From a virus: a stretch of DNA of 41,781 nucleotides. The notes under the pieces were generated by a model. That model saw only the letters and a list, made by a program, of their open reading frames with translations, ran no database searches and was not told the origin of the DNA. The position numbers and the translations under genes were made by a program. The stretch is taken from the IMG/VR virus record IMGVR_UViG_3300045988_102491, positions 1-41,781 of that record. One strand, written 5' to 3'. Shown in pieces: positions 15,281 to 25,400 of this stretch. The first letter of the stretch is position 1. Every line of letters starts with the position of its first letter.

Positions 15281-15313
15281 GGGGCGGGCAAACGCCCGCC
15301 CCTATTTGTTTTT
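15281..15313 (+). terminator. Intrinsic terminator/attenuator after the capsid gene
   Basis: ggggcgggc-aaac-gcccgcccc followed by tatttgttttt. Confidence 0.8.
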
Positions 15314-15329
15314 GATTTGAGGTGACGCC

Positions 15330-15920
15330 ATGACACTGGGCGAAGGAAAGCGAAAGGCCCTTATGCTGATGGATGAATACTCCTCCAGCGGAGTCCTGAC
15401 CGTAGACGAGGACCTGGAGCTTAGAATGGCGGATTTTTTTGACCTTGCGCAAAAAAATATCGCTGCATACAAGAAAATCATACGGTCCTTTGTCCCAGAA
15501 AAGCCGGAGGCGGATGACTCCCCGACGTCTGGCCTGATCGCCTGTCCCGCTCCGGATAACTTTTCCCAGCCGTTCCGCGTTTGGCGTGACGGCAAAGTTA
15601 CCCGGGCCTATGCATGGACCGGAAAGGCAATCCTTCTTCCGGAGGATGTGATCGGGAGCGTCACCGTGGAGTATTTTGCCACACCGGCCACCATTCCGCA
15701 GGACGCTCCGGATGACTATGAATTTGAGGTTTCGGACGATGCGGCGGCCTGTATGCCGTACTTTGTGGCGGCACAGCAGCTGGTAGTGGACCTTGTAGTT
15801 GACTTCCGGCCATTGCTGGATCTCTATGACCGAATGGTTTCCTCTCTTGATTTGTCTCTCCCGAGCGGTGGTGGAGGCGTCCGGCAGTCCTTTTATTCCT
15901 GCGGTGGGAGGAAACGCTGA
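15330..15920 (+). CDS. Virion structural protein (head-tail adaptor/connector candidate)
   Basis: 196 aa, positioned after the capsid gene. No family recognised. Confidence 0.4.
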   Translation: MTLGEGKRKALMLMDEYSSSGVLTVDEDLELRMADFFDLAQKNIAAYKKIIRSFVPEKPEADDSPTSGLIACPAPDNFSQPFRVWRDGKVTRAYAWTGKAILLPEDVIGSVTVEYFATPATIPQDAPDDYEFEVSDDAAACMPYFVAAQQLVVDLVVDFRPLLDLYDRMVSSLDLSLPSGGGGVRQSFYSCGGRKR

Positions 15921-17797
15921 TGGCAAGACGATCTGGCGTGGGCATCATGACCACCACGTACAGCAAGTTCCGGGGCGTGGACTTCACCAATGACCCGTCC
16001 CTGGTGGAGCCGTACCGGTCTCCGCTGGCTATCAACATGCTGTCGGACAGCGGCGGGATGCCGGAAAAGCGACTTGGGTGGAGAACGCTCCAGACAGTAG
16101 AAAAGCCGGTGAATGGACTTTTCTCTGCTGTCATTAAGCAGAAAACGCACTTCATTGTACACGGTGGAACAAAGATTTATGAGTGGTTTGACGGACCGGA
16201 CGCCGGTGAGCCGAAGGTCCTGAAAGACGGCGTGACCAATGCAAAGTCTGTGGCGATCACCATGCAGGAAAAGCTCTGGATTCTCACCGGTGGAGAGTAC
16301 CTGGTGTACGACGGAGAGGCCGTCAAAAGCGTATCTGAGGACGCCTATGTACCTACAACCACTCTGGGCGCTGACCCGTCCGGAGCTGGCGGAACCATCT
16401 TTGAGAGCCCCAACCTAATCCAGCCGAAGCGAAAAAACGAGTTTATCCCGGACGGAGAGACGAAAGTATATCAGCTTGACAGCACGGATATTGACTCCGA
16501 TGCTGTCATGGCCACCGTTTGGGGGGAAGAGAAAAAAGAGGGGACGGACTTCACCGTAGACCGTGCAAAAGGCACGGTGACGTTCAACACCGCCCCGGAA
16601 AAGCCGTCCGTCGGCAAAGAGGGAGCTGTCATCATCACTTTCTCAAAAACAGTGGAGGATTATGCACAAAAGGTCTATAAGTGCCGTATCGTTACATCCT
16701 ACGGTGTCGGAACATCGGACCGTGTCGTGATCTCCGGCAACCCCGATTTCCCGAACCGAGATTGGACCAGCGGTCTGAATGACCCATCCTATTTTCCGGA
16801 CCTAGGCTATAACCTGGTTGGAATCGAGGCCACGGCCATCATGGGATACCACCGGATCGGGGAGTATCTTGCCGTCATCAAGGAGGACAACGGGCAGGAC
16901 TCCACCGTATTCATCCGCAGCGCCAGCCTGGACAGCGACGGAAATGCGGTTTTCAAGACCAGCCAGTCTATCGCTGGCGTCGGAGCGGTATCCATGGCCG
17001 GATTTGCAAGCATCCTGGATGAGCAGCTTTTCCTCTCCGGGACCGGCGTATATGCCATCACGTCCAGCTATCTGACGGCGGAGCAGATCGTGCAGAATCG
17101 ATCTTACTACATTGACCCGAAGCTCACGGCGGAGCCTGGTCTGGAAAGCGCACAGGCGGTGAGCTGGAACGGCTCCATGCTGGTGTCCGTAAACGGTCAT
17201 GTCTACATCATGGACGGCCGTCAGAACAAGAGCTATCGCCCGCAGAGCCAGGGCGATTTCGTGTACGAGTGCTACTACTGGGAGAACGTCCCGGCGGTCT
17301 GCTGGCTCAACTATAAGACAGGTGCAAGCGAGACACTGTATTTCGGAACGGATGACGGAAGGATTTGCAGATTCAATTCCGACATTGAAACCATGGAGCG
17401 CTATGCGGACGACGGTGCCGCTATCTTTGCCTGCTGGGCCACAAAGGCGGATGACGATGACGATGTTACCGTGCTGAAAACCATGATTAAAAAGGGGAAC
17501 AGCGTCACCATCAAGCCGTATCTCCGGTCCAGCGCAAAAATTTGCTTCCGAACAGAGCGGGACGCTGTGGACTGGCAGGCCACCTATGGAACCATGGATA
17601 TTTTCGACTGGGAGGATATCGACTTCTCCCGTTTTACCTTCAACGCCAACGACGCGCCGCAGGAGATCCTGTTCAATACAAAGGTGAAAAAATACAAACG
17701 GCTCCAGATCATCATCAAGAATGACGCTGTAAACGAGGGATTCGGCATATACGGCGTCACGAAGCACTATGTCAACGGAAACTTTGCGAAGAGATAG
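15920..17797 (+). CDS. Large virion structural protein (tail/nozzle candidate)
   Basis: 625 aa. The start overlaps the previous stop (TGATG), and an alternative start is M10 at 15947 (MTTTYSKFRGVDF). It has beta-rich sequence character. Confidence 0.5.
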   Translation: MARRSGVGIMTTTYSKFRGVDFTNDPSLVEPYRSPLAINMLSDSGGMPEKRLGWRTLQTVEKPVNGLFSAVIKQKTHFIVHGGTKIYEWFDGPDAGEPKVLKDGVTNAKSVAITMQEKLWILTGGEYLVYDGEAVKSVSEDAYVPTTTLGADPSGAGGTIFESPNLIQPKRKNEFIPDGETKVYQLDSTDIDSDAVMATVWGEEKKEGTDFTVDRAKGTVTFNTAPEKPSVGKEGAVIITFSKTVEDYAQKVYKCRIVTSYGVGTSDRVVISGNPDFPNRDWTSGLNDPSYFPDLGYNLVGIEATAIMGYHRIGEYLAVIKEDNGQDSTVFIRSASLDSDGNAVFKTSQSIAGVGAVSMAGFASILDEQLFLSGTGVYAITSSYLTAEQIVQNRSYYIDPKLTAEPGLESAQAVSWNGSMLVSVNGHVYIMDGRQNKSYRPQSQGDFVYECYYWENVPAVCWLNYKTGASETLYFGTDDGRICRFNSDIETMERYADDGAAIFACWATKADDDDDVTVLKTMIKKGNSVTIKPYLRSSAKICFRTERDAVDWQATYGTMDIFDWEDIDFSRFTFNANDAPQEILFNTKVKKYKRLQIIIKNDAVNEGFGIYGVTKHYVNGNFAKR

Positions 17798-17808
17798 GAG
17801 GCCACTGA

Positions 17809-19086
17809 ATGGCATTTGATCGAATTACCCTGGACGAGATTTCCCAAAATGGTGTGGTCTCCGCCCCTGATAAGCTGACCGGAACCGCTGCGGATAACAA
17901 GGCTATTTTCGATAAACTAATCAAGAATATTGTCGCCCGGGAGTTCAACAAGCTCTTGGACGATCTGGAGGCCGCAACGGGCGCTGCATCCATTGGGGCA
18001 GCTCCATTTGACGGCGTGGAAGGTAAGAACATTCAGGACCAGCTCAAAAATGTGCAGTCCAATGTTTCCACCTCTTTTGACGGCACGACGATCAACGGTC
18101 ATAAGATCCCTGGAACTGTGGTTATCACGAAAGGCGATGTCGGTCTCGGAAATGTTGACAACACCAGCGACATGGAAAAGCCGGTATCTTCTCCGCAGCG
18201 GAGCTATGTGGAGTCTGTGGCGAGAGACTTTATTCTAGGCCAGCTCCCGGTTCCGCTTCCTATCACACAGGGCGGCACGAACGCGGACACACCGCAGGAG
18301 GCGCTTGCAAACCTGGGGGCGGGGGTGCGGCCGAACCTGTTGGACAATGGGGATTTCCGCGCAGGGCATGTTGTGAACCAGCGAGGACAGACATCCATTA
18401 GCAAACCAGACATTTTGAACGACAGGTGGAGAATTTATAGGTATGCGTCAGGGACGGCAACATTAACAGACAATGGGATAAACCTGACCGGAGATTTTGA
18501 TTTCGGACAAACCATCGAAAGCGGCCGATTGCCAGATACACCAAATATTCCGGTCACGATATCCGCACTATTCGGTGATGGGACATTCGTATCGAAAACG
18601 TCAGTACTGAACAATAATGGGGAATTGGAAACAATCGCCGCCCCTGTAAGTTCCAATGTTCACTTGGCATTTATTCGGAATTGGAATGAGGGCGGGAAAA
18701 ACATCGATCTGTTGTTTTTCTGGATTTCAAATGGAAGCATCACCCCTGTTGCTGCAAAACTGGAAACGGGCTCGACCCAGACCCTCGCTTACCATAAAAG
18801 CGATGGAAAGTGGGAACTCCTCCCGCAGCCGGAGAGTGATTATGCGACGCAGCTTAGGAGGTGCAAACGGTACTATGAATCTTCCACGTCCTCTTGGACA
18901 ATTCCGGCCAACCTGACAATGATGGTCCCGTTTGAGGTGGAAAAAAGAATTGTACCAACCGTCACTATCGAAAATGTATCAGGTGGTAGCGCAATATTTG
19001 ATTATGTTGGGCCAGGATGTTTCCGGGTAATCAATCCATCCCAGCAGTCGCACGACTTCCGCTGGCAAGCGTCTGCGGAACTGTGA
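17809..19086 (+). CDS. Tail fibre / receptor-binding protein
   Basis: Motifs GDVGLGNVDNTSDMEKPVSSPQ and PITQGGTNADTPQEALANLGA are common in phage tail fibre proteins. Confidence 0.75.
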   Translation: MAFDRITLDEISQNGVVSAPDKLTGTAADNKAIFDKLIKNIVAREFNKLLDDLEAATGAASIGAAPFDGVEGKNIQDQLKNVQSNVSTSFDGTTINGHKIPGTVVITKGDVGLGNVDNTSDMEKPVSSPQRSYVESVARDFILGQLPVPLPITQGGTNADTPQEALANLGAGVRPNLLDNGDFRAGHVVNQRGQTSISKPDILNDRWRIYRYASGTATLTDNGINLTGDFDFGQTIESGRLPDTPNIPVTISALFGDGTFVSKTSVLNNNGELETIAAPVSSNVHLAFIRNWNEGGKNIDLLFFWISNGSITPVAAKLETGSTQTLAYHKSDGKWELLPQPESDYATQLRRCKRYYESSTSSWTIPANLTMMVPFEVEKRIVPTVTIENVSGGSAIFDYVGPGCFRVINPSQQSHDFRWQASAEL

Positions 19087-19094
19087 GGGGAAAT

Positions 19095-19436
19095 ATGAAT
19101 AAAAAAAACTACATCGTATACGCCCGCACAGACGGGCGGGATCGAATCCTTGAAGTCAATTCCAGCGCTTTTTTGACAGATGCGGCTGGCTGGACATCCA
19201 TTGACGAGGGGCTGGGAGACAAATACCACCACGCCCAGGGGCACTATTTCCACAAACCCCTATACACAGAGGACGGCATCCCCCGCTACAAACTGGAGGA
19301 TGGACGGGCTGTGGAGCGCACGGAGGCGGAAATCGAGGCCGACCGGGCGGCGGTCCCTCCGGCCCGGCCCTCTGCGCTGGAGCAGCTCCGGGCGGACGTT
19401 GATTTCCTGGCGATCATGCAGGGGGTGGAGTTATGA
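19095..19436 (+). CDS. Small tail-fibre-associated protein (XkdW-like position)
   Basis: Start placed at the internal ATG 19095 (MNKKNYIVYARTDGRDRILEV...). It sits between the fibre and XkdX-like genes. Confidence 0.45.
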   Translation: MNKKNYIVYARTDGRDRILEVNSSAFLTDAAGWTSIDEGLGDKYHHAQGHYFHKPLYTEDGIPRYKLEDGRAVERTEAEIEADRAAVPPARPSALEQLRADVDFLAIMQGVEL

Positions 19437-19567
19437 ATGTGGAAGAGCTGGCCCGGAAGTATTATCCCACGCTCTGGGACAAGCAGCGCATCGAGGCGCT
19501 GGTGGAGGCGGGGCGTCTGAGCCGGGAAGCGGCTGACACAATCATGGAAGGAGAGAAGAAAGAGTGA
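19433..19567 (+). CDS. xkdX: XkdX-family small phage protein
   Basis: My translation is MNVEELARKYYPTLWDKQRIEALVEAGRLSREAADTIMEGEKKE (44 aa). This matches the XkdX pattern (KYY..W....v...V..G.it.e....I). It shows ATGA-type overlaps with both neighbours and is below the ORF-track cutoff. Confidence 0.6.
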   Translation: MNVEELARKYYPTLWDKQRIEALVEAGRLSREAADTIMEGEKKE

Positions 19568-20910
19568 GCTATCGAATCGCGGAATATCCGCAGGACAAAT
19601 ACCACTTCCGGCTTTACGACAACGTGAAGCGGCTGACCTGGAAGCAGATCCAGGCGGAGCAGGGACCGGACTGCGTGGGCGTTGTCAACCTGGCCTATTT
19701 TGGCCTGACCAATTTCTCCCACCAGAGCGCCATCATGATCGGAGGAACCTGGGGACTCAAACCCAAATACCACGAGTACGGCATCTTGATCGACAAGGCG
19801 GGCCATCTCACGGTTGGCGCCGAGGACCAGGCCGGCTGCGACTACGCCATAGGCTGTCCGCCGGTGGACATCGGCGGCCGCCGGTACACTGACAAGGACG
19901 GCGGGCGCAACGGCTGGACATACACAGGTGTGAAGGAGGACGGCACGGTGGTAGTGCTGTTGTGCTCCAAAGACACGCCGGAGACCACGGACGCGCTTGA
20001 AGCTGTCCTCCGGGCACGTGGGTGCGTCCACATCCTGCGCTGGGACGGCTCCTGGAGCAGCCAGGGAACACTTGGGCCTGGGCTAAATGTAACGCCCAGC
20101 CAGAAACGGATCTGCCGGTCCTGGCTGCTGATTTTCAAGCGGGATGGAGTGGAGACGCCGCCCGAGGAAGAGGAGGAGAAACCTGTGAGCAAATACACCG
20201 TATGCCTGGACCCCGGCCACGGGCCGGACACCGTGAACGGCTCTCCGGACGGGACCTACAAGGAGCAGGAATTTTGTTGGGACATGTACAATCGTGTCTC
20301 CGCATTTCTGGATGGACAGGGTGTGCATACCATCTGTACACGCACCGAGGACACAAAGCCGAGCCTAACAGAGCGCGCCGGTGTGAGCAACCGGTCCGGG
20401 GCGACATGCTTTGTATCTCTCCATAGCAATGCGGCAGGGAATGGAGGCTGGTACGACGCCAACGGCCTGGAGATTTACACCTCCGCCGGTCCCATGACCG
20501 CACAGCGAAACATCCTGGCTACCGACCTTGTTAACGAATTCCATTCCTCCGGTGTTGTCCTCCGGTCTACACCCATTGTACACAAGCCTGACCTCACGGT
20601 GCTGGTAAAGACCGACGCCCCCGCTGTGCTTATCGAGTACGGATTCCACACCAACAAGGGGGACGTGGCCCTTTTGAAAGAGTCCGCGTACCGTGACCGT
20701 CTTGCGGAGGCAACCGCACGTGGTATTTGCAAATGGCTCGGCGTTTCGTGGAAAGATGAAAACCAGGACGAAAGTCAGACGCCTTGGTATGCAGAAGCGC
20801 AGGAGTGGGCGGTGAAAAACGGCATTTCGGACGGAACCAGACCGAACGATACCTGTACCCGGGCCGAGGTCTGGAGCATGCTGATGCGTCTGACTGACGC
20901 CGGAAAGTGA
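19564..20910 (+). CDS. Three-domain cell-wall hydrolase: phosphodiester-glycosidase-like (DUF2233/NAGPA-like) N-domain, Amidase_3, SLH-like C-terminal repeat
   Basis: GTG start. The N-domain reads VVNLAYFG...YAIGCPPV...VKEDGTVVVLLCS...LRWDGSWSSQG. The amidase region reads CLDPGHGPD...FVSLHSNAAG. The C-terminus reads WYAEAQEWAVKNGISDGTRPNDTCTRAEVWSMLMRL. Confidence 0.8.
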   Translation: MSYRIAEYPQDKYHFRLYDNVKRLTWKQIQAEQGPDCVGVVNLAYFGLTNFSHQSAIMIGGTWGLKPKYHEYGILIDKAGHLTVGAEDQAGCDYAIGCPPVDIGGRRYTDKDGGRNGWTYTGVKEDGTVVVLLCSKDTPETTDALEAVLRARGCVHILRWDGSWSSQGTLGPGLNVTPSQKRICRSWLLIFKRDGVETPPEEEEEKPVSKYTVCLDPGHGPDTVNGSPDGTYKEQEFCWDMYNRVSAFLDGQGVHTICTRTEDTKPSLTERAGVSNRSGATCFVSLHSNAAGNGGWYDANGLEIYTSAGPMTAQRNILATDLVNEFHSSGVVLRSTPIVHKPDLTVLVKTDAPAVLIEYGFHTNKGDVALLKESAYRDRLAEATARGICKWLGVSWKDENQDESQTPWYAEAQEWAVKNGISDGTRPNDTCTRAEVWSMLMRLTDAGK

Positions 20911-20917
20911 GGGGCTT

Positions 20918-22408
20918 ATGGCAAAAACCATTGAGGATTATCAGCGCGAATATCAGGAAGCGCGCAATCGCGGCGACGCAGCCGGGATGCAGGCGGCCAA
21001 TGATGGGGCAAACGCGATCCGGAAGTCTCAGGGGCAGTCCCCGCAGTATGCCACATCCGATATCAACAAGTACAAAAATAACTCCGGAACGAACAATGTG
21101 AGCGTTTCTTCCGGAAACACCTCTTCCGGAGGAGGAAAATCCTCCTCCAGCTCCGGCAGCTATCAGAACTACACCGGCGGAAACCAGGAGATGGATAACA
21201 AGCTTTCCTATTGGCAGAACAAATACCAGGAGGCCCGCCAGAACGGAGACTGGCAGGGTATGCAGAATGCCAATAATGAGGCCAACAAGATCCGCAATGA
21301 GTACGGATACGCAGCGCAGCACGCCATGGATGACATCAACAAGTACCGGCCCAGCGAAAGCGGATCCGGGTCTTGGGGGAGCGGATACTACAACCAGGGT
21401 TACATGAACAATATGAACAACTGGTATTCTCAGATACAGTCTGAGTTGGAGGCGGCACAGAAAGCTGCTGTTGAACAGGCGGTCGGACAGCTGGAGAGCC
21501 AAAAGTACGACATTGATCAGAGCTACGATGATCTCTACCGGCAGCTCTATATGGACCGGCGCCGGGCGGAAAAAAATCTTCCTCAGCAGCTTGCGGCCAT
21601 GGGAATCTCCGGCGGCATGACGGAGAGCGCGGCTCTTGGCATTCAAAACGACTATTCCAACGCACTCCAGCAGGGAGAGAGAGAAAAACTCAATACTCTG
21701 CGCGGCATTGACCAAGCTATTTCTGACGCCCGCTTGACCGGTGATATCGGTCTCGCCCAGCAAGCGGCGGAGCTTGCGATGAACCAGCTGAATACATACG
21801 CAGATACCATTGCCGCTATGCAGGCCCAGCAGAACTGGCAGAAGCAGTTCGACGCCTCAAACAGCCAGTGGCAGCAGCAGTTTGACACCGCAAATAAGCA
21901 GTGGCAGATGCAGTGGGACCGGCAGGGCGTTTTGGACCAGATCGCGCGGGACGATATCTCATACGACCGAAAGCTTTTTGCGGCCCAGTACCTCTATGAG
22001 AGCACCGGCGACTCCAGCGGCCTGAAAATGCTTGGCTACACGGACGCGCAGATCGCGGCGCTCCGCAACAGCTACGCCCAGGCTATGGCGCAAAAGACAC
22101 GAAGCTCCGGTGGTGGTGGAGTAGACGATGAAGGAACGCCTTACTTCGGGAAAAAGGATGACGAGGACACCGCTCAAGATAATGGAAGCTCCAGCCAAGA
22201 ATGGGCTGGGATTGATCTGAACAGCGTGACCGCGCTTGGATACGGCCCCATATCCCGCGCAGAGTTGGAGCGGCTGGTGGACAGTGGAGAAGTAGAGGCA
22301 TATCAGGACCCGGTGAGCGGTCTTATCAAAGTGAGACGGGGACAAAAGGAATCCACTCCAGGCATTTCGCAGGCGGGTAATTTCTTCAATCCTGGATTTT
22401 GGAGGTAA
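20918..22408 (+). CDS. Virion-associated hypothetical protein with internal 48-aa duplication and Q/N/S-rich linkers
   Basis: 496 aa. Repeats lie at aa 6-53 and 97-144 and share 25/48 identical residues by hand alignment. A coiled-coil-like central region is present. Confidence 0.6.
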   Translation: MAKTIEDYQREYQEARNRGDAAGMQAANDGANAIRKSQGQSPQYATSDINKYKNNSGTNNVSVSSGNTSSGGGKSSSSSGSYQNYTGGNQEMDNKLSYWQNKYQEARQNGDWQGMQNANNEANKIRNEYGYAAQHAMDDINKYRPSESGSGSWGSGYYNQGYMNNMNNWYSQIQSELEAAQKAAVEQAVGQLESQKYDIDQSYDDLYRQLYMDRRRAEKNLPQQLAAMGISGGMTESAALGIQNDYSNALQQGEREKLNTLRGIDQAISDARLTGDIGLAQQAAELAMNQLNTYADTIAAMQAQQNWQKQFDASNSQWQQQFDTANKQWQMQWDRQGVLDQIARDDISYDRKLFAAQYLYESTGDSSGLKMLGYTDAQIAALRNSYAQAMAQKTRSSGGGGVDDEGTPYFGKKDDEDTAQDNGSSSQEWAGIDLNSVTALGYGPISRAELERLVDSGEVEAYQDPVSGLIKVRRGQKESTPGISQAGNFFNPGFWR

Positions 22409-22410
22409 TC

Positions 22411-25400
22411 ATGTCAAAGCTTTATGCGCTCCAGGAAAGCGTGACTGGGCAGAAATTTCAGCAGAAGGAAGAGAAAAAACAGCCTCCCTCCTTTTACAGA
22501 CAGAAGAAACAAGAGAGCGTTGCCAATGCAGCTGCGCGGGCCTCCCGCCCAAAGACTCTTCCAACCGTGACCAGAGTCAACAAAGTGGATTTGCAGGACG
22601 AACGGGCCGCCCAGAACAGGGCCAGGGCAAGTACCGCCAACCAGCGTATGGCGAACCTGTCCGCGAAACAGTCCGGCCTTCTTCCGCTTGGCTCTGGAGA
22701 GCGCATGGAGGATGTAAACTCGGAGCTCTCCGCGCTTCGGCATGAGCAGGACCTTGTTTCGCAGTACAACAACGACTTGTCCTATCAGATCAAGCGTGGA
22801 CTCGGATACGGTACGGAGCGGGCCGGCGCCGCGCTTCTCGGCGCCGCAGAGGGTCTCACTGATATCATCGGAAGCGGATTCTATGCTGGGTTGTCCGGGC
22901 TTACCTCGCTCGGCGGCCTGGCGCCCAACCCTGTTTCGGAATGGGCTCTGGATCAGGGTCAGGCGTTTCTGGACAACAGTGTTACCAGAGACTGGGAGAA
23001 ATCCATCGAGGAGCGGTATAAACCTACCGAAGCAGAGCGGAAGGTCACCGGTATCGGTCAGTCCGTTGCTCAGATGCTTCCGGCTATCGGCGTGTCGAAG
23101 GCCGTTGGAGCCGCACAGGCCGCGCCGAAGGCCGTGAGCGCCGCAAAAGGCTTGCTGACTGGTGAACGGGTCGGACAGGCTCTATTCGGCCTTCAGGCTG
23201 CCGGAAACGCCGCCTCCCAGGCAAAGCAGGAAGGGGCAAACCTCGGACAGTCGGTTGCCTACGGCGCGGCGTCCGGTCTTACAGAGTCTTTGATCGAGCG
23301 GGTATCCGGCGGTATTCCCGGACTCGGTAAGGGTGCTCTGGACGATGTGGCGGCCCGTGTGGCGTCCAATCCGATTGTCCGCAATTCGTTGGACATTCTC
23401 GGAGAAGGCGGAGAGGAGGCCGTGTCCGCTGTTCTTGACCCGTATCTCCGCCGGGCCATGTACGACCCTGACGCCAAAAATGCCACGCCCCAGGAGATCG
23501 CAGAGGCAGCCGTCACCGGCGCGATTGCGGCCGGTGTTCTGAAAGGCGGGATCGAACTTCCGACCGCAGTCGGTGATACCGTGTCCAGAGTCAGAACTGT
23601 GCGCGATTCCGTCGGCACGAATCAGGATATCGCGGCTCGCGTCAATGCCAGTATCGCAGAGGGGAATGGACCGTTCCGTCCCTATGAACAGAATCGGACT
23701 GAATCTAAGACGGATCGAGTTCCTGGTGAGTACCGTGCGGAAACGCCTCAAAATGTAGAATATCCGACAGTGCCTATCATCAACCTTTCTATGCAGAATG
23801 TTGCAGATATGAATGGAGGAACTCTTCCTGCGAGTGGAAATGCGCTGCGGAAGCAGGCTATCTCCAGAGCTAGAAAGAATCTTGGTTTGGATGAAACTGG
23901 CACTATTTATATACCGGCAAGTAATGTGACCAGAAATGGGGAGGAATATATTCTCAAAATAACAAGATCTACTTTGAACAAAATGCTTTCTCCATCCAAT
24001 GGTGGCGTTGTGCAGCCGGAAAGCCTTGTTGTTTTGGACAATATTGATAGAATCGCCAACAATGGCGTGTACTTCAAAAGCGAAGGAGACCGAAAAGGAA
24101 GAGATCAGATCGCTGGATATGACCACCTAATGACCACGGTATATATTGATAACCAGCCATACACTGTGGATATGCGCGTCCGCGTTTATGATGAAAAAAC
24201 AGGCGGCGGCAACACGCTATACTACTTTACTCCAGAAGAAATTATCACTACAAAAAAAGTAGATGCAGACCTCCCTACGGGCACGCTGCACGAACGTACC
24301 ATGATTCAGGAGGCTGCACCTACTTCTATATCTACTATACCACAGAACGAAGTAGTTGGCAACTCCGACAATGGTTCTGTTATGGATGAAACTTCCGTGA
24401 ATCCGGAAAGCTCCGTCGGCGCTGCGTCCTATGGATTTGACCCTTACACCAACCTGCAAGGCCGGTATGGGACTATCCAGCCGGGCGAAAATCCGGCGCG
24501 TGTGGTCGATGTTCCCAGCCGGACAGAGGATCACAACAAGGTATCTCTGACCGCTCGTACCGTCATGGAGGCGGTGGCCACACCGGAAGCAGCGGTCCCG
24601 GTTATTGCACAGATGGTGGTTGACGGACGATTTTCCCACATTCCGGTATCCAACGCACAGCGGGCCGAAATGGCAGAAAACCGCATCCAAAAGACCGGAT
24701 ACCAGGACGCCCTTGCAAATTGGAGAGCGGATGTCCGTTCCGGCAAATCCTCCGCAGACATCACCGCTATGGGCGCTCAGCTGTACAATGCGGCGGTCAA
24801 TGCAGGGCGCACCGGCGAGGCCATGGACATTCTCTATGACTACACACAGGCCATCCGAGCGGGCGCACAGGCCACGCAGGCGGCCAGAATCCTGAAAACG
24901 CTGACTCCTTCCGGGCGGCTATACATGCTTCAAAAGGAGGTCAACAACCTCAACGACAAGCTCAGCGAAAAGCAGAAGAAAGCCGCCGGGAAGAAACAGA
25001 GCGTTTCCGCAGAGGATAATGTCCCGGTTGAACTCTGGATGCAGCGGGTAGGAGAGACCCTAGCCGACCGTCTGGCGTCCCGTGTAAACACTCCGAAGGA
25101 AACCGCCCGCACTGTGGCGCAGACCGTTCTTTCCGACCTCCAGCGATATGCAAACGAGACCGCGCCGAAGGCTCTTCCGACCGGAAAGAAGCGCACGGAG
25201 ATGGACCGCATCATGGACCTGTTCCAGAACCGCACCGCCTACGAAGAGGCGTGGCAGGCGGCAAAGGATACGCTTTCTGACCAGTTTGAGGACAACCCGG
25301 AGGCCCTTGCCGCTTTTGACGAGTGGCTGGACAGCTCTCTGGACTACACCAAACGACTGACCAAAGAGCTGACCAACCAGGACGCCATTGTTATTGACGA

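Noticed and set aside
17809-19086. Diversity-generating retroelement targeting the tail fibre C-terminus
   Set aside because: No reverse transcriptase gene is present anywhere in the window. I found no template/variable repeat pair near the fibre gene.
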